From NCBI GenBank assembly GCA_025060695.1, contig JANXBH010000001.1, positions 90,730 through 154,729 on the forward strand: a stretch of DNA of 64,000 nt. The letters run 5' to 3'. The stretch comes from a candidate division WOR-3 bacterium. GTDB lineage: Bacteria > Hydrothermota > Hydrothermia > LBFQ01 > DSFT01. The notes under the pieces are model-generated. The model worked only from the letters and a program-made list of their open reading frames with translations, made no database searches and was not told the DNA's origin. Below are positions 39,574-48,681 of this stretch, piece by piece. Position numbers and translations under genes: made by a program. How positions within the stretch are numbered: the stretch's first letter is position 1; every line of letters begins with the position of its first letter.

Positions 39574-40240
39574 TAATCTCCAATATAACTTTGTTTATTG
39601 CTTCAACAGGGTCTTCAGAATTTGTAATAGCTCTCCCAATTACCAAAAAGTCAGCTCCATTCTTTATAGCCTCCCTCGGAGTTATTATTTGTTTTTGGTC
39701 ATTAGCTTTAGAATAAAATTCTAGTCTAACCCCAGGAACAATAGTTAGAAAATTTCTTCCAATTGTTTCCTTTATCTTTTTTACATATATTCCTGAAACT
39801 ACGACACCATCAAGACCACACTCTTTAGCTAAAAAACTTCTTTTAATAGTTAGAGCACTCATAGGCAAACTTATGCCTATATCCTTTAAATCTTCTTGAT
39901 TTAAACTAGTTAAAACAGTAACACCAAGTAATTTTATCCTATCAGTGCTTTCCCTTGCTGAGACTAACATATCCCTACCTCCTGAAACATGAAGTGTCAA
40001 ATAGTCAATATCAAAATTATTTAGAACCTTAATTGTCCTACTAACTGTATTTGGAATATCTTCTAATTTTAAATCTAAAAAAACGGTAGCACCCCTAATT
40101 TTTAAATATTCTATAACTTTAAAACCTTCTGCTGAAAAAAGCTCAAGTCCAACTTTATAGAGTTTGTGAATATCAATAGTTTTATCTACAAAAGACTTAA
40201 ATGATTTAAAATCACTAAAATCAAGAGCTATGAAAAACAC
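39554..40240 (-). CDS. pyrF: orotidine 5'-phosphate decarboxylase
   Basis: DLKLEDIPNTV (DxKxxDIPNT) and the N-terminal FIALDF. GTG start 2 nt after a CTTTAAAATTTTG element. Confidence 0.8.
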   Translation of the reverse strand: MFFIALDFSDFKSFKSFVDKTIDIHKLYKVGLELFSAEGFKVIEYLKIRGATVFLDLKLEDIPNTVSRTIKVLNNFDIDYLTLHVSGGRDMLVSARESTDRIKLLGVTVLTSLNQEDLKDIGISLPMSALTIKRSFLAKECGLDGVVVSGIYVKKIKETIGRNFLTIVPGVRLEFYSKANDQKQIITPREAIKNGADFLVIGRAITNSEDPVEAINKVILEIKNAQIF

Positions 40241-40241
40241 A

Positions 40242-40254
40242 CAAAATTTTAAAG
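40242..40254 (-). promoter_or_regulatory. CTTTAAAATTTTG element abutting the pyrF GTG start
   Basis: Minus strand: ATAACTTTAAAATTTTGT-GTG-TTT-TTC. Confidence 0.4.
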
Positions 40255-40289
40255 TTATTAGCTTGTCCTTTAAAATTGTAATACTTTTT

Positions 40290-40375
40290 GGAGGGGTGCG
40301 CCGAACTGGTAAGGCAGCGGATTTGAAATCCGCCGGGGCTTAGGCCCCTTAGGGGTTCGAGTCCCCTCCCCTCCG
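40290..40375 (+). tRNA. tRNA-Ser (anticodon TGA), long variable arm
   Basis: GGAGGGG...GCGGA-TTTGAAA-TCCGC...variable arm GGGGCTTAGGCCCC...GGGGTTCGAGTCCCCT-CCCCTCC-G. Confidence 0.8.
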
Positions 40376-40380
40376 TTTCT

Positions 40381-40472
40381 GGAGAGGTGGCCGAGCGGTC
40401 GAAGGCGGGGGCTTGCTAAGCCTTTTCTCAGGTTAAAAGCCTGAGACGAGGGTTCAAATCCCTCCCTCTCCG
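40381..40472 (+). tRNA. tRNA-Ser (anticodon GCT), long variable arm
   Basis: GGAGAGGTGGCCGAGCGGTCGAAGGCG, anticodon loop TTGCTAA, variable arm CTCAGGTTAAAAGCCTGAG, T-arm GAGGGTTCAAATCCCTC. Confidence 0.8.
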
Positions 40473-40473
40473 C

Positions 40474-41712
40474 TTACAGTTTCTTTACTTTATAAATATA
40501 TGGATTTTCAGTAGCTTCTATGGTTTCATTATCTGAAAAAAGTTTTTCTTCCAGCTTTTCACCCTTTCTCAAGTCAGTAAAAATTATCTGAATATCTTTA
40601 TAAGGTTCATAACCGAGAAGCTTTAATAAGTTTTCAATTGCACTTCTAACATTTATCGGTTCTCCCATATCAAGAATAAGAATATCTCCACCATTTGAAA
40701 TAATTGGAGAATATAAGACTAACAAAACCGCTTCTTTCGGAGTTATAAAGTATCTCTTTGCATCTTTATGAGTAATTTTTACATAACCCTTTTGAACCTG
40801 TTTCAATATAGTAGGAATTAAACTTCCTCTTGAACCAATAACATTACCAAACCTTACCGCTATGTAATTATTTTCAATCACTAAATCCTCTGCTATACTT
40901 TTTGTCTTACCCATTATGCTTGTAGGCTCCACTGCCTTATCAGTGGATATAAATACAAATTTTTTAATACCATTCCTTTTTGAAAACTCTACTAATTTCT
41001 TAGTCCCAATGAAATTTACTTTATATGCCATATATTCAAAGTTTTCTAATATTGGAACATGTTTATATGCAGCACAATGAAATACTAAATCAATATGATT
41101 CTGAAAAACATCATAAAGACAATAATCATCAGTAATATCTCCAAGATAAATAATCAATCTATCATCATCTAAGTCATTTGACAATTCGTATAATCTGGTC
41201 TCATCTATATCCATAGCTATTACTTTTCTTACATTGAAATTTAGAACTTCCTTTACTAAATATGAACCAATTGAACCCGCTCCACCTGTTATTAAAATAT
41301 TTTTATTTTCATAAAATAGCTTTAAAGCTTCATAGTCTATCTGCATCTCTCTTTTTTTGAAAACGTCAAAAATATCAATTTCTACAACATGTTTTAAAAA
41401 TACTCTATCCTCCTTTACATAATAACTCGGCACAATCTTAATATCCTTAATACCTAATCTTAAAGAGAGCATTTCTATTTCTCTTATTCTTTGAATACTT
41501 GCAGAAGGCATAGCAATTATCAGACTATCTATATTCTTGAGTTTCCCAATAGAATTTATATCTCCAATTACTTTTATATTTTTATACTCTAAGTTCCACT
41601 TATTTTTATCGTCGTCCAAAAAACCAACTATTTTATAGTTTCCATTTTTCAATATATCATCTGCTACTTGTTTGCCTGCTTCTCCAAAACCATATATTAT
41701 AACTCTTTTCAT
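40474..41712 (-). CDS. nucleoside-diphosphate-sugar 4,6-dehydratase/epimerase (CapD/PglF/WbpM-like, Polysacc_synt_2)
   Basis: Rossmann ILITGGAGSIGSYLV. 412 aa soluble form of the CapD family. Confidence 0.7.
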   Translation of the reverse strand: MKRVIIYGFGEAGKQVADDILKNGNYKIVGFLDDDKNKWNLEYKNIKVIGDINSIGKLKNIDSLIIAMPSASIQRIREIEMLSLRLGIKDIKIVPSYYVKEDRVFLKHVVEIDIFDVFKKREMQIDYEALKLFYENKNILITGGAGSIGSYLVKEVLNFNVRKVIAMDIDETRLYELSNDLDDDRLIIYLGDITDDYCLYDVFQNHIDLVFHCAAYKHVPILENFEYMAYKVNFIGTKKLVEFSKRNGIKKFVFISTDKAVEPTSIMGKTKSIAEDLVIENNYIAVRFGNVIGSRGSLIPTILKQVQKGYVKITHKDAKRYFITPKEAVLLVLYSPIISNGGDILILDMGEPINVRSAIENLLKLLGYEPYKDIQIIFTDLRKGEKLEEKLFSDNETIEATENPYIYKVKKL

Positions 41713-42664
41713 AACCTAAAACTCCTACAATTATAAAACATAAAAATGCTATCAACCATAGATAAATTTCATCAAGCTTATATGTAAGTATTGCTAATAC
41801 ACTAAAAAACAGCTGTAAAGTAGAAATTATGAAAACCGTCATAAATTTACCAAATCTTCTATATAGAATGTGATGTAAGTGTCTCTTATCTGAATAAAAT
41901 ATAGGATATTTAGAGAGAATTCTTCTAATGATTGTCCAAATGGTATCAAATATTGGTATTGAAAGAATAATAACAGGAACTATAGGATATATGGAATTTT
42001 TTCCTTGAGTTAGGAATAATGAAAATGAAGCGGACAGAAAACCAAGAGTAAGTGCTCCCACATCTCCCATAAACACTCTTGCAATTGGAAAATTAAAGAA
42101 AAGAAATCCAAGCAAAGCAGAAATTATCCCAATAGAAAAAATAAAAAGCTCGGTATTTCCTAAAATAGAGAAGAAATAAGAAAATGTTGAGAATATAATA
42201 ATACTAACTAAGGTTAATAATCCATCTAATCCATCAAGCATATTGAATGCATTTATAACACCAACAAAGCCAATAATAGTAATTACAAATCCAATAGCTG
42301 GATGTAAAACTACATCAAATCCAATAGTTTTTATACCATAACCTGATAGAAATATAAAACTTGCAGAAAAAAATTCAAATGTAAACTTTTGTGAAAAATG
42401 TAAATTAGCAATATCATCAAACAAACCTTCAAACACAATGATTAAAAGGGCAATTGTGAAAAGGGTCAATTTTTCTAATATATCTGTGAATAAGAAGGTT
42501 GATAGAATTATAGGAAGAATAAATCCAAGACCGCCAATTCTTGGAACTGGATAATTATGCATCTTTCTACCGTTTGGATAGTCATAAATCTTTAGTTTAT
42601 GCGAAATCTTTATGATAATTAATGTGAAAATTATTGAAAGTATTAAATTTATCAAAAATATCAT
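41657..42664 (-). CDS. polyprenyl-phosphate N-acetylhexosamine-1-phosphate transferase (WecA/MraY family)
   Basis: NAFNMLDGLDGL (DxxD Mg site region), the IARVFMGDVGAL motif, and 10-11 TM. Confidence 0.75.
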   Translation of the reverse strand: MIFLINLILSIIFTLIIIKISHKLKIYDYPNGRKMHNYPVPRIGGLGFILPIILSTFLFTDILEKLTLFTIALLIIVFEGLFDDIANLHFSQKFTFEFFSASFIFLSGYGIKTIGFDVVLHPAIGFVITIIGFVGVINAFNMLDGLDGLLTLVSIIIFSTFSYFFSILGNTELFIFSIGIISALLGFLFFNFPIARVFMGDVGALTLGFLSASFSLFLTQGKNSIYPIVPVIILSIPIFDTIWTIIRRILSKYPIFYSDKRHLHHILYRRFGKFMTVFIISTLQLFFSVLAILTYKLDEIYLWLIAFLCFIIVGVLGYEKSYNIWFWRSRQTSSR

Positions 42665-43428
42665 ATTTTTTTCATTCTGACAGTTTTTATTTTATATCCG
42701 TCTATCTCCAATATTTCAAAAACAAATCCATCCAACTCTATAGTATCTCCAACTTTTGGGACTTTGCCGAGTTTTTCCAAAAGAAGTCCTGAAAGTGTAG
42801 CATAAGTGCTATTAGGTTCAATTTCTATATTAACGCTAAAGTTTTCTTTTATAAATTCTGAAAATTCATCGATAGAAATGGAAGAGGATATTTTATATTC
42901 ATCGTCGGAAATTCTTACAATATCTGAAAATTCATATTCATTCTTTATATCACCTACTATTTCTTCTAATAAATCTTCCATAGTAACCATACCGATAACC
43001 ATACCATTCTCATCTACCACAAGTGCAATGGAGACTCGTTTTTCCCTTAAAAACTCTATGGCATCAATTATACTATAACTATATGGAATATAGTGAGCAG
43101 GTTTAGTTAATTTTCTTATAGTAGTTTCGTTCATCTTATCAATATTCCTTATTAAGTCCCTTATATAAAAAATACCTACAAACTCACTATCGTCATTTAC
43201 TACAGGATACTTTGTATAATTTAGATCCCTTATCTTTTCATACGCAAATGAGAGCAAGTTATTTTCATTCAAAGTTATAATAGATGACTTTGGTTTCATA
43301 GCCTTAAGTAAATTAGTTTCAGTTAACTTAATTAAATTTCTAATTAGTTTAGCAAATCGCTTATCTTTTTTGGCATATCTAAAAATTTTAAGTATGAAAC
43401 TAAGTCTTTTACCTAACGAACCTTCCAT
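42661..43428 (-). CDS. CBS-pair plus CorC/HlyC transporter-associated domain protein (CorC-like)
   Basis: Two CBS repeats followed by MEDLLEEIVGDIKNEYE, the CorC_HlyC C-terminal domain signature. No DUF21 membrane domain. Confidence 0.65.
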   Translation of the reverse strand: MEGSLGKRLSFILKIFRYAKKDKRFAKLIRNLIKLTETNLLKAMKPKSSIITLNENNLLSFAYEKIRDLNYTKYPVVNDDSEFVGIFYIRDLIRNIDKMNETTIRKLTKPAHYIPYSYSIIDAIEFLREKRVSIALVVDENGMVIGMVTMEDLLEEIVGDIKNEYEFSDIVRISDDEYKISSSISIDEFSEFIKENFSVNIEIEPNSTYATLSGLLLEKLGKVPKVGDTIELDGFVFEILEIDGYKIKTVRMKKI

Positions 43429-43429
43429 A

Positions 43430-44347
43430 CTAAGCTATCTGAAGCATTCTTCTAATTGGAATAGATGCTTTTTGAATAATCTCACTACTTAAATCTATCT
43501 CGTATTTCAGTTCTTTTAATGATAGAAAAACTTTTTCAAGTGTTATCATTTTCATGTATTTACATATAGCATTTTCATCTGCAGGTATAAACTCCTTTTG
43601 AGGACTTGCTTTTTTTAATGGATATAAAATACCTGTTTCAGTTACTACTATAAACTTATTACTTTTACTTTCCTTTGCATTTCTTATCATACCACTCGTA
43701 GAAAGGACTTTTACATTACCATTAAAATGATATAAACATTGGGTAGTGCATCCGCACTCAGGGTGAAGCATTACTTCCGCATCAGGGTTTTCTTCCATCT
43801 TTCTTAATAAATCTTCATATCTAAAACCTGCATGAACATGACATTCACCTGGCCAAATATGAATATTTTCTCTACCTGTTTGCTTTTTTATCCACATACC
43901 TAAATACATATCGGGCAAAAATAGTATTTCCTTATCTTCAGGTATAGATTGGATAACTCTTATTGCGTTAGAAGAGGTGCAACAATAATCACATTCAGTT
44001 TTAATATCCGCATTAGTATTTATATAACAAACAACTATCGCATTTGGATGCTCACTTTTCCATTTTCTTAGTTGTTCTAAATTTATTGAGTCAGCAAGTG
44101 AACAACCTGCATCTAAATCAGGTATTAAAACTTTCTTGTCTGGATTTAATATCTTAGCAGTTTCTGCCATAAACTTTACACCGCAAAATACTATAACGTT
44201 CGCATCTACTTGACTTGCCTTTCTTGAAAGTTCCAAACTATCTCCTACAAAATCCGCAATATCTTGAACTTCTGGGACTTGATAATTATGTGCTAAGATA
44301 ATTGCATTTCTTTCTTTTTTTAATTTTAATATCTCTTCTTTTAACAT
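43430..44347 (-). CDS. nadA: quinolinate synthase A
   Basis: ILAHNYQVPEVQDIADFVGDSLELSRKA, and Cys residues in the CxxC...C pattern. 305 aa. Confidence 0.85.
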   Translation of the reverse strand: MLKEEILKLKKERNAIILAHNYQVPEVQDIADFVGDSLELSRKASQVDANVIVFCGVKFMAETAKILNPDKKVLIPDLDAGCSLADSINLEQLRKWKSEHPNAIVVCYINTNADIKTECDYCCTSSNAIRVIQSIPEDKEILFLPDMYLGMWIKKQTGRENIHIWPGECHVHAGFRYEDLLRKMEENPDAEVMLHPECGCTTQCLYHFNGNVKVLSTSGMIRNAKESKSNKFIVVTETGILYPLKKASPQKEFIPADENAICKYMKMITLEKVFLSLKELKYEIDLSSEIIQKASIPIRRMLQIA

Positions 44348-44357
44348 CTATTAAATT

Positions 44358-44930
44358 TTAAAGGCTGTCATAAAGATTTTCTAATGCCTCTTTTCTAATT
44401 ACATTTCTTTCGAATTCTCCAAACTTTACCAAGACTTGATTGTTTAAAATCTTAAATACTAAGGCAATTGAAACAAATGGCTTTAGATATTCTAAAAACT
44501 TATATAAACTCGGATTAAAATTTAAAATACCTTCACTTTCGCTATGCAAAACTCCCTCAGGGAATATAAAAAAATAGTACTTTTGAGGATATGTATTTAG
44601 CAGTTCTATTGTTTTTCTCATTGAAATTATTTTTTCATGAGTAGTTTTAAATGGTAATACTTTTGCGAATTTTTCAAAATAAGGATAATTTCTATATTCC
44701 TCCATCCAAATAAGAATCTTCCTATCTTTCAAAATGGTTTTTCTCAGCCTATTTAATATATGAACATCGTAGTAGTAAAAATGGTTAGAATAGATAATAA
44801 TTTTTTGTTCCTTATATAAGCTAAACTCTGGTGCATTTAATACCTTAAATGACTTAAATCTACTTAGCTGACTCTCAAGAGTAAAATCTACTAAAAACTT
44901 TGGATAAAACTTTTTAAAATATTCTAACAT
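44358..44930 (-). CDS. lysophospholipid acyltransferase-family protein (PlsC-like)
   Basis: HxxxxD motif NHFYYYD and an FPEG motif (FIFPEGVLHSE). Confidence 0.5.
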   Translation of the reverse strand: MLEYFKKFYPKFLVDFTLESQLSRFKSFKVLNAPEFSLYKEQKIIIYSNHFYYYDVHILNRLRKTILKDRKILIWMEEYRNYPYFEKFAKVLPFKTTHEKIISMRKTIELLNTYPQKYYFFIFPEGVLHSESEGILNFNPSLYKFLEYLKPFVSIALVFKILNNQVLVKFGEFERNVIRKEALENLYDSL

Positions 44931-45744
44931 TAATGTATCTACTCGGATTTTTCTTTATATCTTCAATTAATTCTTGAACTTTCTTTATGGAAGATTTTAA
45001 TTCTAAATATAGTGAATCACTTTGGGTTAATTTGCCTACAGTTCCTCTATATCTAATACTATCAACTTCAATTTTTATTTTATCTATCAACGAGTCTATA
45101 GAATTTAAAGTTAGTCTTCCAGCACTTATTAATGAATTTACATTGTGCCAAGTACTATCTAAATTCTCATTTTGATTATCAACGAGATATTTTACTTTAT
45201 ATACAAGACTATTTAAATTATTTAAAGATGTTTTCAGTTCGGAGGATATAATAATAATCTCGCTATTAGTAGACTTTACTAAATTATTGACATTTGATAA
45301 AATAGTATCAACTTTATCGTATAACTTTAAAACAATGTTCATTACTTCATCAAAGGATGGACTATCGTATCCAACTATAGTATCGTTCATGTTTAAAAAT
45401 TCACCATTTCCTGGTTCAATATCAATTAGCCTATTACCAAGTGCTGAAGGAGAAATAATCTGAGCATAAGCATTTTTTCTTAACCTATAGTCCTTTAATC
45501 CAAATTTTACTATTACAAAATTCTCTTTAATTTCAACACTGATGACACTACCTATTGGAACTCCTTTCACTAAAACTCTTGTCCCGGGTGATATTAATGT
45601 CGCTCTTGGGAGCTTTATATAATAGGTATAATTATGTTTTTGTCTCTTTTGAGTACTTATCCAATTATATCCAATAAAAAAAGCGACTAACATAACTAAG
45701 ACAAAAATTCCTACTTTTATATAATCTAATCTATTAACTTCCAT
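44914..45744 (-). CDS. MCE-domain protein (MlaD-like)
   Basis: N-terminal TM (VGIFVLVMLVAFFIG), an MCE domain (LISPGTRVLVKGVPIGSVISVEIK...ISPSALGNRLIDIEPG), and a C-terminal coiled coil. Confidence 0.65.
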   Translation of the reverse strand: MEVNRLDYIKVGIFVLVMLVAFFIGYNWISTQKRQKHNYTYYIKLPRATLISPGTRVLVKGVPIGSVISVEIKENFVIVKFGLKDYRLRKNAYAQIISPSALGNRLIDIEPGNGEFLNMNDTIVGYDSPSFDEVMNIVLKLYDKVDTILSNVNNLVKSTNSEIIIISSELKTSLNNLNSLVYKVKYLVDNQNENLDSTWHNVNSLISAGRLTLNSIDSLIDKIKIEVDSIRYRGTVGKLTQSDSLYLELKSSIKKVQELIEDIKKNPSRYINVRIF

Positions 45745-46915
45745 ATACCTCTAATATCATGCTTGCACCCATACCTCCACCTACACAAGCACTAACTATA
45801 CCATAACCACCACCTCTTTTTCTTAATTCATGTATTAATTTCGTTGTTAAAATAGCACCAGTTGCACCAAGTGGATGTCCAAGCGATATTGCTCCACCAT
45901 TTACATTTAACTTCTCCAACGGTATGGGTAGTTCTCTTAATACCGCAATAACTTGTGTAGCAAATGCTTCATTTAGTTCAATAAGCTTTATATCATCTAA
46001 TTTTAAGTTTGCTTTTCGTAATGACTTTGGAATAGCATATGCGGGTGCTATGCCCATTATTTCCGCAGGAACCCCAACAACTTGAAATGTAATAAATCTT
46101 GCAAGTGGCTTTAAACCAAGTTCTTTAGCTTTTCTCTCACTCATCATTAAAACCGCACTTGCACCATCACTCCTTTGAGAAGCATTACCTGCTGTAACAG
46201 TCCCATCTACCTTAAAATATGGTTTTAAACTCAGAAGTCCCTCTAATGTAGTATCTGGTCTTGGACATTCATCATGTTCAAAAATTTTTTCAATTAATTG
46301 ACTATTTCCATCTTCATCTTCTATTCTAACTTTCACTTTTATTGGGACAATTTCTTCTTTAAATTTTCCACTTAATACTGCCTGAGCTCCTCTTGTGTGA
46401 GATAAATATGCAAATTCGTCTACTTCCCTTCTTGTAATATTATAAATAGGAACTAAGTTTTCCGCAGTTAGTCCCATATTTAAATAGTAGTGTGGAAAAT
46501 TTTGAGCAACATATGGCTCAGGTCTAAATTTATAACCCGGCATAGGAACTAAACTCATATTTTCAACACCACCCGCTATTGCAACATCTATTTCACCAAC
46601 TATAATCCTATGAGCAGTCTGAGCTATAGTTTGTATAGATGATGCACAGTATCTATTAACTGTTACAGCAGGAATTGAGTTTGGAAGCCCTGCTCTGTAA
46701 ATTACTGTTCTTGCAAGGTTCATACCCTGATATGCCTCAGGAAACGCACATCCAATAGACACGTCTTCTATTATATATGGTTCTATTTTCGTTTCATCCA
46801 ATATAGCTTTAATTACTTCAGATAGTAGATATTCTGGTCTTGTGTCCTTTAGTGTTCCTTTAATTGCTTTTCCTATAGCTGTTCGCTTTGCACTAACAAT
46901 TACAGCGTTGTTCAC
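45734..46915 (-). CDS. acetyl-CoA C-acetyltransferase (thiolase)
   Basis: AVIVSAKRTAIGK N-terminus, RYCASSIQ (active-site Cys), NGGAISLGHPLGATG, CVGGGMGAS. Confidence 0.85.
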   Translation of the reverse strand: MNNAVIVSAKRTAIGKAIKGTLKDTRPEYLLSEVIKAILDETKIEPYIIEDVSIGCAFPEAYQGMNLARTVIYRAGLPNSIPAVTVNRYCASSIQTIAQTAHRIIVGEIDVAIAGGVENMSLVPMPGYKFRPEPYVAQNFPHYYLNMGLTAENLVPIYNITRREVDEFAYLSHTRGAQAVLSGKFKEEIVPIKVKVRIEDEDGNSQLIEKIFEHDECPRPDTTLEGLLSLKPYFKVDGTVTAGNASQRSDGASAVLMMSERKAKELGLKPLARFITFQVVGVPAEIMGIAPAYAIPKSLRKANLKLDDIKLIELNEAFATQVIAVLRELPIPLEKLNVNGGAISLGHPLGATGAILTTKLIHELRKRGGGYGIVSACVGGGMGASMILEVYGS

Positions 46916-46957
46916 AACTGAAAGTTTAAAGTAGATGCTTTAAAATTTTGGAAAATT

Positions 46958-47031
46958 GGGCGGGTAGCTCAGCTGGTGAGAGCGCTGCCCTTACAAGGCA
47001 GAGGTCAGAGGTTCAAGTCCTCTCCCGCCCA
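46958..47031 (+). tRNA. tRNA-Val (anticodon TAC)
   Basis: GGGCGGGTAGCTCAGCTGGTGAGAGC...CTGCC-CTTACAA-GGCAG...AGAGGTTCAAGTCCTCT-CCCGCCC-A. Confidence 0.85.
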
Positions 47032-47033
47032 TA

Positions 47034-47699
47034 ATAAAATATATTATCATTGTCCCAACTTATAATGAATTTCCTAAGATAATCCAAACAATTGAAAATC
47101 TAAAAAACTATAATTACGATGTATTATTCATAGATGATGGATCAAGCGATGGAACATTTGAAGTTATTAAAAGTTCTGGTTTTAAATATATAAAAAATCA
47201 AAAAAATTTTGGAAAGGGTTATAGTATAAAAAGGGGTTTAGAATATGCTATCTTAAATAACTATCAAGTAGTAATCACATTAGATGCGGATGGACAACAT
47301 CCAATAGAATACATTCCGAAATTCATAGAGAAGATTCAAAACTACGATATTGTTATTGGTTCAAGAAGAAAACTTATGCATCCAAAAAATATGCCATTTG
47401 ATAGGTATATTTCCAATAGACTAAACTCTTCAATTGTTTCAATTTTTTGCAATAAAATTATACCAGATGCACTCTGTGGCTATAGGGCAATTAGAACCAA
47501 GATTTTAAAGGATATTAACTTTAATTGTAATAGATTTGAATTTGAAATAGAGTTCATAGTAAAAGCTTGTAAATATGGATTTAGTATTGGATTCTTAGAT
47601 ATACCTTTAATTTATAAGGATGAAAAAAGCCATATAAGAAAAGTCTTAGATACATTAAGAGTAATGAAATTATACTTCAGCTTTATCTTGTTTTCTTAG
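47034..47699 (+). CDS. family 2 glycosyltransferase (dolichyl/polyprenyl-phosphate glycosyltransferase-like)
   Basis: In-frame N-terminus IKYIIIVPTYNEF...FIDDGSSDGT...ITLDADGQHP (GT2 DxD/DAD motifs). The ORF track only reports from the internal ATG 47376. The frame is open back into tRNA-Val with no ATG/GTG/TTG. First codon after the tRNA is ATA 47034-47036. Confidence 0.65.
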   Translation: MKYIIIVPTYNEFPKIIQTIENLKNYNYDVLFIDDGSSDGTFEVIKSSGFKYIKNQKNFGKGYSIKRGLEYAILNNYQVVITLDADGQHPIEYIPKFIEKIQNYDIVIGSRRKLMHPKNMPFDRYISNRLNSSIVSIFCNKIIPDALCGYRAIRTKILKDINFNCNRFEFEIEFIVKACKYGFSIGFLDIPLIYKDEKSHIRKVLDTLRVMKLYFSFILFS

Positions 47700-47724
47700 T
47701 TATAGCTTTAAACTTTAGGGCTTT

Positions 47725-48681
47725 ATGAAAACATTGGAATATCTTATTAATTTTGAAGGCAAGATATGTCTTATTGCACATAGTAATCCCGACCCTGATT
47801 GTATTGGGAGTATGTTAGCACTATATAATTACCTTAATAAGTTTAATAAAGATGTTATTATGATTTCAAAAGACGAGCCTATAGGAACTATAAAATATTT
47901 AAAAGGTTTTGACAAAATAATTAGAATAGGGAATTTACCTGAGACGGATTTATACGTACTAATTGACCAGTCTGAAGTGGAAAGAAGCGGAATAAATCCA
48001 GAGGAATTTAAAGATAAAAACATAATAAAAATTGACCATCATATTACAAATAAAAAATATAGTGAATATGACTATATAGATGAAAATGCTCCATCAACAA
48101 CTTCATTAATGTTAGAACTTATGAGAAACTACAATGAAGAATTAATAGATGAAAATATAGCTGAGTGTATATTCGTAGGCTTGTCAGCAGATACAGGAAA
48201 CTTTTCGTTCTCTAATTTAAAAGTAGCATTTGAAAATGCTCTATATTTAGCAAATAGGGGATTTAATATAAATAGATTTTCTGAGAAGTTTTTAAGAAAT
48301 CAGTCCATAAATAGAATGGAGTTAATAAGATTAGCACTATCTACATTAAGGTATGAAGATAACATTGGATATATTATAATAAGAAAAAAATTTTATGAAA
48401 TTTCAGGAGCAAAGAAATATGAAAATTATGGAATAGTAGATATTCCTTTATCTTTAAGTAATGTGAAAGTTGCTCTGAAATTTGAAGAAATGGAAAATGG
48501 CTGGAAAGTGAATTTAAGAAGTAAAGAAAATATTGATGTTCAGAAATTTGCTGAAAAGCACAATGGTGGTGGTCATAAAAATGCATCCGCTTTTAGAATT
48601 AATGAGAAAATTCCTGAAAGTGAACTTATAGAGCGTATTATTGAAGATTTGAAAAACTACTTAAAAACTATTCATGAATAA
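47725..48681 (+). CDS. nrnA: DHH/DHHA1 phosphoesterase (NrnA-like oligoribonuclease / pAp phosphatase)
   Basis: IAHSNPDPDCIGS, DHH motif (KIDHHITN), DHHA1 GGGHKNASAF. Confidence 0.7.
   Translation: MKTLEYLINFEGKICLIAHSNPDPDCIGSMLALYNYLNKFNKDVIMISKDEPIGTIKYLKGFDKIIRIGNLPETDLYVLIDQSEVERSGINPEEFKDKNIIKIDHHITNKKYSEYDYIDENAPSTTSLMLELMRNYNEELIDENIAECIFVGLSADTGNFSFSNLKVAFENALYLANRGFNINRFSEKFLRNQSINRMELIRLALSTLRYEDNIGYIIIRKKFYEISGAKKYENYGIVDIPLSLSNVKVALKFEEMENGWKVNLRSKENIDVQKFAEKHNGGGHKNASAFRINEKIPESELIERIIEDLKNYLKTIHE

Noticed and set aside
40290-40472. The tRNA-Ser pair as an integration hotspot or genomic island boundary.
   Set aside because: Flanking genes on both sides are core metabolism or envelope genes (pyrF, CapD-like). 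No recombinase and no direct repeat of the tRNA 3' end were seen downstream.
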